Shown: positions 19,075-29,298 of the stretch, piece by piece
Numbering within the stretch: the stretch's first letter is position 1
Layout: each line of letters starts with the position of its first letter
Assembly (NCBI GenBank): GCA_963662335.2
Contig: CAXXVD010000001.1
Coordinates: 352,001-416,000, forward strand
Direction of reading: 5' to 3'
Source: Chloroflexota bacterium
GTDB taxonomy: Bacteria; Chloroflexota; UBA11872; VXOZ01
Length of the DNA stretch: 64,000 nucleotides
Notes under the pieces: generated by a model
The model's input: the letters and a program-made list of their open reading frames with translations, nothing else
Databases searched by the model: none
What the model was told of the DNA's origin: nothing
Program-made: the position numbers and the translations under genes

Positions 19075-19318
19075 CCTGGCGGCCACCGATTGCTAGTGAG
19101 ACTGGCAGCCGCGCCGGCGCATTTGTGATCTGCCGTATGAGATACGGCCCTCTGCCGAATCTCTCCAATGCTGCTTGCGCTGCATCCTCAAGATCCTCGA
19201 AAATGCCGATCAACTGCTCATCATAGAATACCACCCACTTTCCCAGGTGGTCACACTGCAACTGCCCTCGTTGAACCTCAAAGGCGGCGATGTTGGATTC
19301 GAGAGTCGCCGGCTGCAT
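19061..19318 (-). CDS. Small DUF5678-like protein coupled to the aspartic protease
   Basis: HLGKWVVF...LIGIFED...A...FG..P.LIRQI; overlaps the protease start. Confidence 0.65.
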   Translation of the reverse strand: MQPATLESNIAAFEVQRGQLQCDHLGKWVVFYDEQLIGIFEDLEDAAQAALERFGRGPYLIRQITNAPARLPVSLAIGGRQDADH

Positions 19319-19632
19319 GGCTCTCGTCCCCTCTTGAACACGCACGAATGCGAAGGTCTTCAATGACCATTGTACACTGGTCAAGCAATCTATGGACACC
19401 CGCGGCATTCAACAAGGTATCCACTTGGCTTGCCACTCTGTACCATTCAATGTAATCGAGAATCAAGCAACGAGCGAGAGCGACAGTAGAATCGTGAAAT
19501 CCAGTAGCGGAAGCCAAGCCATTGGAACCGCGCAGGCGCAGTGCGCATCCACAGCGCATTGAAGACGGGGCTAGGGCGTAAGCCCAATACCATTTCGCTG
19601 TACGCGAAGGACAAGGGTATCGATACGGGGCC

Positions 19633-20895
19633 TTAGGCGCTCTGGGGTTGGTGAAGCAGGCCAACTTCTACCAGATTGCCGGCGGCGTCGAACTCCCACT
19701 CGTACGGCACGTCGAGAATCTCCAGGTTCGGGTTTTCCCGCGCCGCCGGGATGAGCGCCTCGGAGAAGAGCAGGTATTCCAGGTGGAGCGTGCTGTAGAT
19801 GCGCGCAACGCGCGGCGCTGCCACGCCGGCGCAGGCGGACTTGAAGGCCGTCTCGATTGCCGCCTTGTCGCTTTCCAGCGTGATGGGAATCTTGGCAACG
19901 GCCGGGTTGTTGGCGGTGAGAGCGTTCATGTAGAGGTCGTAGTAATTGATCTTGTCGGCCAGGCGTTTCGTCACGAAGTCGGCGTGGCCGATGCCCACCG
20001 CGTTGCCGTGCGATTCCGGCGTCAGGTCGCGCACCAGCACGCGCGTGTAGTTGGGGTGGCGGTCCATGGTCATGCCGCGGTTCAGCCCAATCACGTTCGG
20101 GTCCATCCCCGCGCCGGAGATGTTCTTGCCCATCACATCCACAATCAGGAGGTCGAGCTCGTCGAACGGCACGCGCGGCAGGAGTGTCTTGGAGAGCGTT
20201 TGCAGTTCCCTGTCGGTCTCGTAGATGTCCTCCGCTAAGGCCGCCCTGATGGTGTGCGGTTGGTCGTAGCCGTTCTCCACCACGCCCAAACCCAGCACGA
20301 TGTTCGAATGCTCGATCGCATGCGCGGCGGCCTGGGGAATGGTCTCCGCCAGGCCGTGGGCGTGCATCTGCTCGGCGCCCTTCTGCTTGCCCAGGCCCAC
20401 CGTGATCATCTTGCACAGGCCGCTCTCCACCGGGCCGCGGAAACTCGTGTGGGGCTTCACCCGCGCCACCACGATCACGGCGTCGGCGTTGTAGGCGTTG
20501 CGGTCGAAGTAGACCGTCGCGCCGTTGGCGGTGCGGCCCAGGTCTACCACGTCCATACTAGCGTGAACCGGCGCGCCGGTGGACTCCTCGGTAATGCCGT
20601 AGTCGCGCAACACGGCGGCCTGGCCTTCGGCAATCGCGCCGCCGTGGCTGCCCATGGCCGGCACGATGAACGGGCGTGCGCCAAGCGCGCTCACCGCCTC
20701 CGCGACCGTACGGATGATCTCCGGTATGCGCGTGATGCCCCGGCTGCCGGCCGTGATGGCGACTTCCATGCCGGGACCGACCACCGTCTCCAGGCCGGTC
20801 CGCGCCAGTTCGGCGCGAATGGCGCCAGGCAGGTCCTCAATCTGATCGGATGAGAAGCGCTGTTGCGCGTGAACCATACGAGGCAACGGTGCCAT
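19633..20895 (-). CDS. Lactate racemase (LarA)-like / DUF362 domain protein
   Basis: TAGSRGI, PAMGSHGG, RVKPHT.F...ESGL.KM..GLGK, GKNISG.GMD.NV. Confidence 0.8.
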   Translation of the reverse strand: MAPLPRMVHAQQRFSSDQIEDLPGAIRAELARTGLETVVGPGMEVAITAGSRGITRIPEIIRTVAEAVSALGARPFIVPAMGSHGGAIAEGQAAVLRDYGITEESTGAPVHASMDVVDLGRTANGATVYFDRNAYNADAVIVVARVKPHTSFRGPVESGLCKMITVGLGKQKGAEQMHAHGLAETIPQAAAHAIEHSNIVLGLGVVENGYDQPHTIRAALAEDIYETDRELQTLSKTLLPRVPFDELDLLIVDVMGKNISGAGMDPNVIGLNRGMTMDRHPNYTRVLVRDLTPESHGNAVGIGHADFVTKRLADKINYYDLYMNALTANNPAVAKIPITLESDKAAIETAFKSACAGVAAPRVARIYSTLHLEYLLFSEALIPAARENPNLEILDVPYEWEFDAAGNLVEVGLLHQPQSA

Positions 20896-21058
20896 CTCTT
20901 CTCCTCGCTCTCCCTACGCGCCGCGCCGCTGCCGCACAACAGCGTGAACGGCGTTTCGCCGGTTGGCCGTGCCTGCAGCCACCCTCACGCCCGCTCCGGC
21001 CAGCGGCGCTTTGCCAAAGCCTCTTTTTCGCGAAATCAGCGTAATTGACGCCTTCAGG

Positions 21059-21985
21059 CTACACCGTCTCCCAGAACGGCGTCGCGCTATCCAACGTGAA
21101 GATGACCAACTGATCGTTGGGTCCCCGCACGTCCGTGAGGTTCTCGGCGGTCACGAGCAGGCGGTTGTACTGTCTCATGCCCTTGGTTTCGGGCGGCGTC
21201 GTCATGACGATTTGGGAATCGCCGTTTGGCGTCACCGTGAGCCACGAACCGTTGTAGGTTATGGGCTCATCGCTCAGCGTATCCAGCACCCACAGGAGCA
21301 GGAACTTATCGCCGTACTCGCGCGGCTGCTTGAGGCCGGCGAACGTAATCGAGAGGCCGCCGTTGACACCCACGCGCACAATCGTGTTGACGTCGCCGCC
21401 AAGCGCGGTCGGCTCCAACTGAAACGTCCTGCCCGGCCGCATCAGCATTGGCCGCGACAAGACGATACTCATCGGCGAATCCTCCAGCGAAACCGACGGC
21501 GTTTCTACCATGGCATGCTCTTCGGCGGTTACGTACACCGCCTTCACCGAGCTGAACGTGGTGTAGGTCCACAGGGTGGCGATCCGCGAAACGTCGGCAA
21601 TGAGCGCGCCGCCGTTCTCGAACCTGAGCGACCCGCCGTCGTCGTTGCCAATCCAGACCACAAAGGTATTGCCGCCATAGGCCGAGGGCGCGGGCATACG
21701 GCGGCCATTGACGAAGACCGACCCTTTATAGGTATTCAGGGCTATGCTGACCTCGGAGTCTTCCGCCGCGCCAAAGACGTCCATGCGCAACGGCAAGTCG
21801 CGTCGACTCTCTTCGGCCTCGGCGATGGCGCGCGCCTGCGCCGTGGCCACCAGGCTTGGGTTGGCGCTAATGGGCGTCTCCTGCACGCCGAGATCTTCTT
21901 CAACACCGCACGCCGCTCCGGCGACCAGCAATGCGAAACTGAGTACTGCTACTCGGTAGACGAAAGGCAACTTCAACCGTCTCAT
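21059..21985 (-). CDS. Putative lipoprotein of unknown function
   Basis: ATG after AGGAGG; basic N-terminus, hydrophobic core and AAC lipobox; two VT.E-containing beta domains. Confidence 0.65.
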   Translation of the reverse strand: MRRLKLPFVYRVAVLSFALLVAGAACGVEEDLGVQETPISANPSLVATAQARAIAEAEESRRDLPLRMDVFGAAEDSEVSIALNTYKGSVFVNGRRMPAPSAYGGNTFVVWIGNDDGGSLRFENGGALIADVSRIATLWTYTTFSSVKAVYVTAEEHAMVETPSVSLEDSPMSIVLSRPMLMRPGRTFQLEPTALGGDVNTIVRVGVNGGLSITFAGLKQPREYGDKFLLLWVLDTLSDEPITYNGSWLTVTPNGDSQIVMTTPPETKGMRQYNRLLVTAENLTDVRGPNDQLVIFTLDSATPFWETV

Positions 21986-22282
21986 GGTTCCTCCTGTATT
22001 CTCCAGCGCAGCGCCACCCGCTATGTCGCGCTCTCCCGCGTACGGTTTCACGCCCGGTTTCCAAAGAACGTATACCAATGGTATGCCAACAATGCGAGAA
22101 TCACAAGCGGCCCGCCCGCTGGCCGTGAGCGGCGCCACCGCCGCTATGCCGCCGCCGCAACCGCGGCGACGCACGTGCGGCGGCCGGTTCTTCCCGCCGT
22201 GATGTGAGCATAGCACACTCGAACGGCGTTGAGAATTGTATAATGGCGCTGGAGCCGTAGTTTCTTGCAGAGGAGCAGCGTA

Positions 22283-22993
22283 ATGTCTCCACTGGCGTTC
22301 GGCAGCCTACAGCAACTGCAAGCAGCCGATCTCGATTTGGACGCGCTGCGCGCGGAAGCGGAGCGCCTCGAGGCCGCTCTGGCCGACCACGGCGAGATCG
22401 AAGCGGCGCGGCGCGCGCTCGCCTCGCTGACCAAGACCCAGGAGCAAACCGGCGCGGCCCTGCGTGACGCCGAACTTGCCCTGGCAACCATCACCGCCGA
22501 GGTCGAAGGCAAGTCGCAGCGCCTCTACAGCGGCAGCGTGGTGAACCCGCGGGAACTGGAGGCCCTGCAGGCCGACATCGCCCAACTGATGCAGCAGCGC
22601 GCCGTGCGGGAAGACCACGCTTTGCAGGCGATGGTGGCCGCGGAAGAGGCCGAAGAGGCCCGCGCCGCGCAACACGAGCATCTGGACTCGCTCGAAGCCG
22701 CGTTTGCGACAAAGCGGAAAGAGTACGGCGCGCGGCTGCGCGAGTTGGCGGCGGAGATTCCGGCGCGGGAAGCGGCGCGCGCCGCGCTGCTGGCGCAGAA
22801 CGACCGCGCGCTGGCCGCGACGTACGGGTCGCTGCGGGCGCGCCTGGGCGGCCAAGTGCTGGCGCCGGTTTCCCAGGGCCGCTGCACCTTCTGCCACATC
22901 GCCCTGCCGGATACGCAACTGCGCCGGGCTCAGCAGAATCAAGAACTCGTCTTCTGCGACAACTGCGGCCGGCTGCTCTTCACGGCGCGGTAG
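22283..22993 (+). CDS. Coiled-coil protein with C4-type zinc ribbon (DUF164 / zf-RING_7)
   Basis: LQ..DL, long coiled coil, RLYSG...PREL, CTFC and CDNCGRLL. Confidence 0.88.
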   Translation: MSPLAFGSLQQLQAADLDLDALRAEAERLEAALADHGEIEAARRALASLTKTQEQTGAALRDAELALATITAEVEGKSQRLYSGSVVNPRELEALQADIAQLMQQRAVREDHALQAMVAAEEAEEARAAQHEHLDSLEAAFATKRKEYGARLRELAAEIPAREAARAALLAQNDRALAATYGSLRARLGGQVLAPVSQGRCTFCHIALPDTQLRRAQQNQELVFCDNCGRLLFTAR

Positions 22994-23052
22994 ACGGTGG
23001 CCGCTGCGCTCCGGTGTCCGTCATTGCCATGCAAATAGCGGGACGGAATCCG

Positions 23053-24063
23053 TCATTCCCGCGCACGCGGAAAGGTGGATTCACACTGCAAGTGCAACAC
23101 CTGTTTCAAGAACACTTCGGTTGGCGTTTGAAAGTCAAGACACTTGCGCGGGGTGTGGTTATAGGCCTGCACCAGTTGCGCAAAGCGGTCTGCGGAGACC
23201 GTCGCCAGGTCGGTCTTGCGGGGCAGCACCCGCCGCAGGCGCCCGATGGCGTTTTCGACGCCTCCTTTCTGCCAGGGGGCGCGCGTGTCGCAGAAGAAGG
23301 TTTGTACGCCCAAGTCGTGGAGGCGGTAATGGCGAGCGAACTCGGTGCCGTTGTCGAAAGTGGCGGTCTGCCGCCAGTCCGGCGGAACCAGCGCCAGCAG
23401 GTCGCGCATGGCGCTGGCGATCGGCTCTGCGGCCTTGCCGTTGGTGCGGGTGGCCAGCAGCAGGCGCGAATGGCGCTCGTGCAGGGTCAAGACCGCTTGA
23501 CCGCCTCTGCCAAAGAGCATCAGGTCTACCTCCCAGTGACCGGGTGTTTGCCGGTCCGCCGCCGCCGCGGGGCGCTCTGCCAAGGGCCGCCGGTGCGCGA
23601 TGAACGAGGCCGGACTGCGTCTGCTGCGCTTGCGCCGCCGCCGCGCCGTCCGCCCCTGGGGCAGCAGGTCTGCCCACGAGTAGTCCTTGGTGCGCGCAAT
23701 CTGCCCGTAGATGAAGCGATAGATGCTCTCGTGAGAGATCACCGGCGCGCACCTGTCATGCGCCAAGCGCCCCGACACTTCCTCCGGCGACCACCCCAAT
23801 GCCAAGCGCTCCAGCACATCCTCCCGCAATTCCGCGTCTCGCTCCAGCCGCATGCCGCGACAGCGACGTGCTTCGGCCTGCTCCTGCGCATACTCCGCTT
23901 GATACCCTGCTTGCCGCGAACTGTTGCGTTTTACCTCCCGCGAAATCGTCGACGGCGAGCGACCAAGAGCTGTAGCGATTTTGGCTTGCGTGAGTCTCGC
24001 GGCCTGAAGTCCGGCCAACTGACACCGCTCTGCATACGTGAATTGTGTGTATGATCTTCCCAT
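23053..24063 (-). CDS. IS30-family transposase
   Basis: HTH LGRSPSTISREVKRN, SHESIY, DDE triad in GHWEVD / TFDNGTEF / WQKGGVEN. Confidence 0.96.
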   Translation of the reverse strand: MGRSYTQFTYAERCQLAGLQAARLTQAKIATALGRSPSTISREVKRNSSRQAGYQAEYAQEQAEARRCRGMRLERDAELREDVLERLALGWSPEEVSGRLAHDRCAPVISHESIYRFIYGQIARTKDYSWADLLPQGRTARRRRKRSRRSPASFIAHRRPLAERPAAAADRQTPGHWEVDLMLFGRGGQAVLTLHERHSRLLLATRTNGKAAEPIASAMRDLLALVPPDWRQTATFDNGTEFARHYRLHDLGVQTFFCDTRAPWQKGGVENAIGRLRRVLPRKTDLATVSADRFAQLVQAYNHTPRKCLDFQTPTEVFLKQVLHLQCESTFPRARE

Positions 24064-24107
24064 GGCAACACCTTAGCATGATGTTGCACTTCACCTGTGA
24101 GTCTACC
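23074..24107 (-). mobile_element. Complete IS30-family insertion sequence (1034 bp), AAA target duplication
   Basis: 26-bp imperfect TIRs GGTGGATTCACACTGCAAGTGCAACA / GGTAGACTCACAGGTGAAGTGCAACA; AAA on both flanks. Confidence 0.93.
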
Positions 24108-24322
24108 AAATCCGGCTGCGCGGCGAAGATGGATTCCCGCGTGCGCGGGAATGACGTTGTGGTACCAGCATGACCTTTTGCCGAGGGGATGATGCGGTGG
24201 CGAGAAGATGGCGCAATGACGCGGGGATTGCGTCAACTTCGGGGTATGGCAACATGGCTTATGGGTGTCGGCGCGCCCGTGCCGCACAGACCCCATACAC
24301 GTAGCGCCAAAGCCCGTAGACG

Positions 24323-24410
24323 TGGTGCCGAAGAAGGGACTCGAACCCTTACGAGCGTAATGCCCACTAGCCCCTCAAGCTAGCGCGTCTTCCAATTCCG
24401 CCACTTCGGC
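24323..24410 (-). tRNA. tRNA-Leu(GAG)
   Basis: GCCGAAG acceptor, anticodon arm CTAGC-TTGAGGG-GCTAG, long variable arm, GGTTCGAGTCC, encoded CCA. Confidence 0.97.
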
Positions 24411-24447
24411 CCGTGGCCTAGCCATGTCTTGGCAGGCCCACACTCTG

Positions 24448-24477
24448 ATTATAGGCAAGCGGGAAATCCGCCGTCAA
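24448..24477 (-). promoter_or_regulatory. tRNA promoter
   Basis: TTGACG-18-TATAAT on the minus strand. Confidence 0.7.
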
Positions 24478-24531
24478 TGCGCAAGTCGCAGTGCTCGACA
24501 CAATCGGTAGGCAAAACAGCCCGTTGGAATG

Positions 24532-24580
24532 GGCGGCATCCGTTCGTCCTGAGCGCGTCGAAGGATGAACGGATGCCGCC
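24532..24580. repeat. REP-like hairpin (CCGTTCG.CCTGAGC..GTCGAAGG family)
   Basis: GGCGGCATCCGTTC..GAACGGATGCCGCC; related copies at about 7046, 35942 and 35994. Confidence 0.7.
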
Positions 24581-24596
24581 TATCCGATGCGTCCTC

Positions 24597-25442
24597 TCAG
24601 ATCGACTGCACCGAAAAGCCGCCGTCGATTACGAAGGCCAGCCCGGTCGTGAAGGCGCTGGCGTTGGAAGCCAGATAAACCGCCGCGCCGCCAAGTTCCT
24701 CGGGTTCGCCAAAGCGGCCCATGGGCGTGTGGCCGACGATCTGCGCGCCGCGCTCGCTCAGGCTGCCGTCCGGGTTGCGCAGCAGGGCGCGGTTCTGGGT
24801 GGTCTCGAAGAAGCCGGGGACGATCATGTTGACGCGCACGACGCCCTGCCACTCCCGCGCCAGGAAGTACGTCAGTGTCGCCACGCCGGACTTGGCGATG
24901 GCGTAGACCGGCACCCGCGAGAGCGGCCGCTCGCCACCGGCCATGGAGCCGACGTTGATCACGCTGCCGCGCCCGTTGGCCAGCATCGCCGGGCCGAATT
25001 CCTGGCAAGCCAGCCACGCCGAGGTGAGGTTGAGGTCGAGGTTGTCGCGCACGGCGTCCAGCGTAATCTCTTCAAAGGTCTGGTCGGGGCTGACGACGGC
25101 CGCCGGCTGGTTGCCGCCCACGGCGTTTACGGCGACCGTCACCGCGCCAAGTTTTTCCCGCACGCGCGCGTGGGCCTCCGCGACAGAGCCAGCGTCGGTA
25201 GCAACGTAGGGCACGAAGAGCGCCTGACCCCCGGCCGCCGCGATCGCCTCCACGCGCCGCTGGCCTTCAACCTGGTTGCGGCCCAGCACCGCCACTTTCG
25301 CGCCGGCCGCGCCGAGATACTGGGCGATCACGCCGCCCAGGATGCCCGTGCCGCCGCCGACAACCGCCACTTCTCCGGAGAGGCCGAACACGTCGTCGAG
25401 GAATGCGCTGCGCCGCCGGTCTTGCGCGGAATCTGCCGCCAT
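24597..25442 (-). CDS. Short-chain dehydrogenase/reductase
   Basis: GGGTGILG, Y...K (YAIAK), VN.I.PG, TPMGRFG.PEE, IDGG. Confidence 0.92.
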   Translation of the reverse strand: MAADSAQDRRRSAFLDDVFGLSGEVAVVGGGTGILGGVIAQYLGAAGAKVAVLGRNQVEGQRRVEAIAAAGGQALFVPYVATDAGSVAEAHARVREKLGAVTVAVNAVGGNQPAAVVSPDQTFEEITLDAVRDNLDLNLTSAWLACQEFGPAMLANGRGSVINVGSMAGGERPLSRVPVYAIAKSGVATLTYFLAREWQGVVRVNMIVPGFFETTQNRALLRNPDGSLSERGAQIVGHTPMGRFGEPEELGGAAVYLASNASAFTTGLAFVIDGGFSVQSI

Positions 25443-25527
25443 CGGTAGTGTCTCCTCATTCAGGCATGTGCGTTAGTCTGCGGGGCTAATCAGGTTCGCG
25501 ACCGCGTTCGGCGCAGACGGCCAGGTA

Positions 25528-25702
25528 GTCGCATTAACGTAGCGCGGGGGCTTGTCCCCCGCCAGAGCCAGTGAAAGTGACATGCAAAGGATTGACCTAA
25601 ATGCTTCGCAGGTTACAAACCTGCGCTACCAGAGATTTCGGACACGAGTTTTGTTGTCTCTATGTCTTATGCGACAGCATTAGGGACAAGCCCCCGTGCT
25701 AC
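25528..25702. mobile_element. MITE copy with truncated left TIR plus flanking half-REP
   Basis: GTCGCATTAAC-REP...GCAGGTTACAAACCTGCGCTAC...TGCGACAGCATTA|GGGACAAGCCC. Confidence 0.75.
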
Positions 25703-25745
25703 GCTGCCCGGGGCCAATCCATCAAGACTGCGCTGGCTCCGGCGG

Positions 25746-27065
25746 TTAGCCGCGCGTGCTCACGCTCAGGTCCGCCACCAGAATCGGCGGCGCGTAGAAA
25801 CTGCCGCCGACCCATTCCGGCTCGCTGCCAATGGCGGCAATGTTCTTGAGCGCCGCGTAGGAATTGCCGGCCACCATCGTATCTTTCACCCGGCCGGCCA
25901 ATTTGCCGTTTTCGATCTTGTAGCCCAGGTGCACGTTGCCGGAAAAATCGCCAGAGAAGAGGTTGCCCATAGACGCGCCCATGGTGTATTCCACCACAAT
26001 GCCCTCGTCGACGCCGCCGATCATCTCCTCCAGGCTGCCGCCGTCGCCGGGCGCGACGACCACGTTATGGTAGCCGGGCGCCGGCAGCGAAGCCGGCGAG
26101 CGCTCGCCGTTGCCGGTCGGCTCCGCGCCGGCCAGGCCCGCCGTCTGCAAGTCGTAGATGAACGTGCGCACGAGTCCGTCTTCAATCAGGGGCGTGCGGC
26201 GCAAAGGTATGCCCTCGTCGTCGGTGGGCGCGGAGCCGACGGCGTGCGCGAGCGTGCCGTCGTCGTAGACGCTCAGCTTCTCGTCGAACACCCGCTCTCC
26301 CAGTTTATCGCTCAAGGGCGACGCGCCTTCCAGCACGGTCTTGCCGCTGAACGCCTGTCGCAGCGGCAGCATCAGGGTTGAACCGAGCCCTTGAGGCGTG
26401 AAGAGCACCGGCATGTGCTTGGTGGAAACTTCCGCAGTGCTGCGGGCCGCTTCGACCCGCTGGATGATGCGTTGCGCAACGGCCTGGGGGTCCGCGTCGG
26501 CCCGGCACGAGAGCGCATAGTGCCACACGTCCAGGAGGTCTTCACCCCGCGTCAGATTGATACTGGCCCCCAAGGACACAACCGACTTGCGGTAGTCGCT
26601 GCCGCCGCCGTTGGAATTGAGCAGCCGCACGCGGGAGATGCGCTTCGTCGCGCCCACGTCGCACAGGAATTCACGGTCATGGCCGCGCAGCGCATCGAGC
26701 GCCTCAGTCCCGAGCGCTACCAACTCATCCAGCGTCAGCGCCGCCACCGCCGGATCGAAGATTTCGACGCCGTTCGTGGTGTACGTATCCGGCAGCGTAA
26801 ACCGCGCCTGCGCGCCGAATTGCGCGGACTCGACCGCGCTTGCCACCAGGGCGTCCAGGTCGCCGGGCGCGCCCAGCTTGGTGGAGTAGCCCAGGCCGAT
26901 GCGCCCGTTTTTGACGATGCGCAGCGCCATGCCGCTCGACTCGCGGGCATTGATCGACTTGATCCGGTTGGCTTCGAAAGAGATGGGCAGTTCCGTTGAC
27001 TCGAGATAAAGCGCCTCCGCCACCTCGGCCTGCTTTGTTGCTTTACAAAGCAGTTCTTCAACCAT
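25746..27065 (-). CDS. pmbA: TldE/PmbA family protein
   Basis: DDEG.P, TGNG.R, SGDFS, V...MVAGN; lacks HExxxH; downstream of tldD. Confidence 0.85.
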   Translation of the reverse strand: MVEELLCKATKQAEVAEALYLESTELPISFEANRIKSINARESSGMALRIVKNGRIGLGYSTKLGAPGDLDALVASAVESAQFGAQARFTLPDTYTTNGVEIFDPAVAALTLDELVALGTEALDALRGHDREFLCDVGATKRISRVRLLNSNGGGSDYRKSVVSLGASINLTRGEDLLDVWHYALSCRADADPQAVAQRIIQRVEAARSTAEVSTKHMPVLFTPQGLGSTLMLPLRQAFSGKTVLEGASPLSDKLGERVFDEKLSVYDDGTLAHAVGSAPTDDEGIPLRRTPLIEDGLVRTFIYDLQTAGLAGAEPTGNGERSPASLPAPGYHNVVVAPGDGGSLEEMIGGVDEGIVVEYTMGASMGNLFSGDFSGNVHLGYKIENGKLAGRVKDTMVAGNSYAALKNIAAIGSEPEWVGGSFYAPPILVADLSVSTRG

Positions 27066-27069
27066 GAGA

Positions 27070-28431
27070 TTACTGACCTCCCACCAGGCACTTGCTGATG
27101 AGGACGTGGGGGCTGCCGTCGCCCACCGGCGCCGACTGCCCGCCCTTGCCGCACGTCCCGCCCGCCGGGTCCCAGGCAAAATCGTCGCCGACGGCGACGA
27201 TGTTCTCCAGGGTCGTAAAGACGTTGCCGGAGAGATTCACGCCCCGCAGCGGTTCGGCCAGCTTGCCGTCGCGAATGGCGTAGGCCTCCATGCAAGAGAA
27301 CGTAAACATCTCCATACTCGTCTGGCCGCCGTACCAGTTCTTGCAGTAGACGCCGTCCTTCACCGCGGCCAGCATCTCTTCCAGCGGCGTCTCGCCCGGC
27401 TCGATTGCCGTATTGCGCATGCGCACCAGCGGCGGCGTGCGGTAGCTTTCGGCGCGGGCGTTGCCGGTGGGCGCTTCGTTCATCTTGCCCGCCGTCTCCC
27501 GCGAGTGCAGCCTTCCCACCAGTTCGCCTTCGCGAATCAGGTACTGCTTGCCGGTAGGCACCCCTTCGTCATCGTACGCAAAAGAACCGGTGAGGCCGGG
27601 CACCTGGCCGCTATCGGTGATGTTCAGGAACGTGCCGCCAAACGCGCGGCCCAAGACCATGATCTCTTTGAGTTTTTCGTTTTCGTAGACGTGGTCGGCT
27701 TCCGAGAGGTGCCCAAACGCCTCGTGGGCAAAGACGCCGGCCAGCGTCGAGTCGAGGATGACCATGAACTCGCCGCCCTTCGGCGGCTGCGCGTCCAGCA
27801 TGGCCACCGCCTTGGCGGCGGCTTCCCGCACGTCCGCGTGGCGGCCTTCCACCACGCCGTAGTCTTCGCTGCTGGCAAAGCCCGCCCGCGCCTGCTGCAC
27901 GTTGCCGTTTTCGCGCGCCACCACACCAAAGCGGGCGTAGACGCGCCCCCGCTCTTGCTCGATGTACGTGCCGGTCGAGTTGCCGATGTACTGCTTGCGG
28001 TAGCCGTCGCCATAGCCCACGTTCGAGGTCTGGATTTTCGGCGTGCGCCAGATTTCTTCCACGTACGAATCCATGAGGCGCTTCTTTTCCTCCAGCGGAA
28101 CATCGCCCGGATCGCGCCGCATGGACATACGTTGGCTCACGTCCTCCACCGGCGGCACGTCCGCCAACTCCGTCTTTTCACTGCCCACCAGGCGCGCTTG
28201 GCTGACCGCCTGCGACACCTTGTCCCGCAAGTCGGCGACCCGGTTGAACGAAACGAAACCCCACCCGCCGTTCACGGCGGCGCGCACCGAGCCGCCAAGT
28301 TGCGTGGTCGTGCCCACCTCTTCCAGGTCCTGGCCGCGGTACGTGACGTTGGTAGACTGCGTCTCCTCGATGCGGATCTCTACGTAGTCCGCCGTATGCT
28401 TCTTCAGCGCCTCTTCAATGCGTTCACGCAT
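27070..28431 (-). CDS. tldD: TldD metalloprotease
   Basis: HEAFGHLSEAD zinc motif, YDDEG, RMRNT, CGKGGQ..PV..GSP. Confidence 0.92.
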   Translation of the reverse strand: MRERIEEALKKHTADYVEIRIEETQSTNVTYRGQDLEEVGTTTQLGGSVRAAVNGGWGFVSFNRVADLRDKVSQAVSQARLVGSEKTELADVPPVEDVSQRMSMRRDPGDVPLEEKKRLMDSYVEEIWRTPKIQTSNVGYGDGYRKQYIGNSTGTYIEQERGRVYARFGVVARENGNVQQARAGFASSEDYGVVEGRHADVREAAAKAVAMLDAQPPKGGEFMVILDSTLAGVFAHEAFGHLSEADHVYENEKLKEIMVLGRAFGGTFLNITDSGQVPGLTGSFAYDDEGVPTGKQYLIREGELVGRLHSRETAGKMNEAPTGNARAESYRTPPLVRMRNTAIEPGETPLEEMLAAVKDGVYCKNWYGGQTSMEMFTFSCMEAYAIRDGKLAEPLRGVNLSGNVFTTLENIVAVGDDFAWDPAGGTCGKGGQSAPVGDGSPHVLISKCLVGGQ

Positions 28432-28440
28432 AGTTGCGGC

Positions 28441-29298
28441 TTACTCCTTGTGAAACGAGATGCCCACGGCGCCGGGGCCGGCGTGGGCGCCGATGGCCGG
28501 GCCGATCGTGCCCTCGATGACGGTCTGCGCCGAGACGCGGCCCAGGATTGCCTCCCGCAATTCGGCGGCGAAGTCCGGATCATTCGCGTGCATCACGCCC
28601 AGGTGCGTGACCTCGCCCCCGGATCCGGCCACGGACTCCACATAGCGCACCATGCGCTCGATGACGCGCGACCGGGTGCGCACCTTGTCGAGCGCTTCGA
28701 TGACGCCGTCCTGGAGAATGAGCACCGGCTTGATGCGGAGCAGCGAACCCAGCAGATGTGAAGCCGCGCCCAGGCGGCCGCCGCGCCGCAGAAATTCCAG
28801 CGTATCGGGCGTGAAGGCGAGGTGCATGAGGCCCGCCACGTGCGTGATCCGTTCGGCAATGCTGGCCGCCTCTTCGCCGGCCGCGGCCAGGCGCGCCGCC
28901 TCCTGCGCCATGTACGCGATTCCGATTGAGGCCGATAGCGTATCTACGACGTGAATCGCGCAGGACGATTCACCCTCCATCTGTTGCCGGGCCGTCAGCG
29001 CCGACTGCATCGTGCCGCTCAGCTTGCCGGAGACGTGGAGCGAGACGATGTGCTCGTGGTCCTGGGCCAGCCGTTGGTAGACCTCGACGAACTCGCCCAC
29101 GGACGGCTGCGAGGTCTGGGGCATTTCCTTGGTCTCCGTCAACATCGTGTAGAATTGCTCGCCCGTAATGTCTACGCCGTCCTTGTAATCGACGTCGCCG
29201 AAACGCACGTGCGCCGGCACGAGGGTTATTTTCTGTTCGGCGGCAACCGCCGGCTCGAGATCGCTCGTGCTGTCAGTTACGATGGCAATCGTACCCAT
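28441..29298 (-). CDS. DegV family fatty-acid-binding protein
   Basis: IVTDSTSDL, TSQPS, SGKLSGT, L.RGGR, H.GPG. Confidence 0.93.
   Translation of the reverse strand: MGTIAIVTDSTSDLEPAVAAEQKITLVPAHVRFGDVDYKDGVDITGEQFYTMLTETKEMPQTSQPSVGEFVEVYQRLAQDHEHIVSLHVSGKLSGTMQSALTARQQMEGESSCAIHVVDTLSASIGIAYMAQEAARLAAAGEEAASIAERITHVAGLMHLAFTPDTLEFLRRGGRLGAASHLLGSLLRIKPVLILQDGVIEALDKVRTRSRVIERMVRYVESVAGSGGEVTHLGVMHANDPDFAAELREAILGRVSAQTVIEGTIGPAIGAHAGPGAVGISFHKE

Noticed and set aside
17400-24410. Intact integrative element or prophage at tmRNA or tRNA-Leu
   Set aside because: No integrase, phage genes or duplicated att copy of either RNA 3' end was seen in the window
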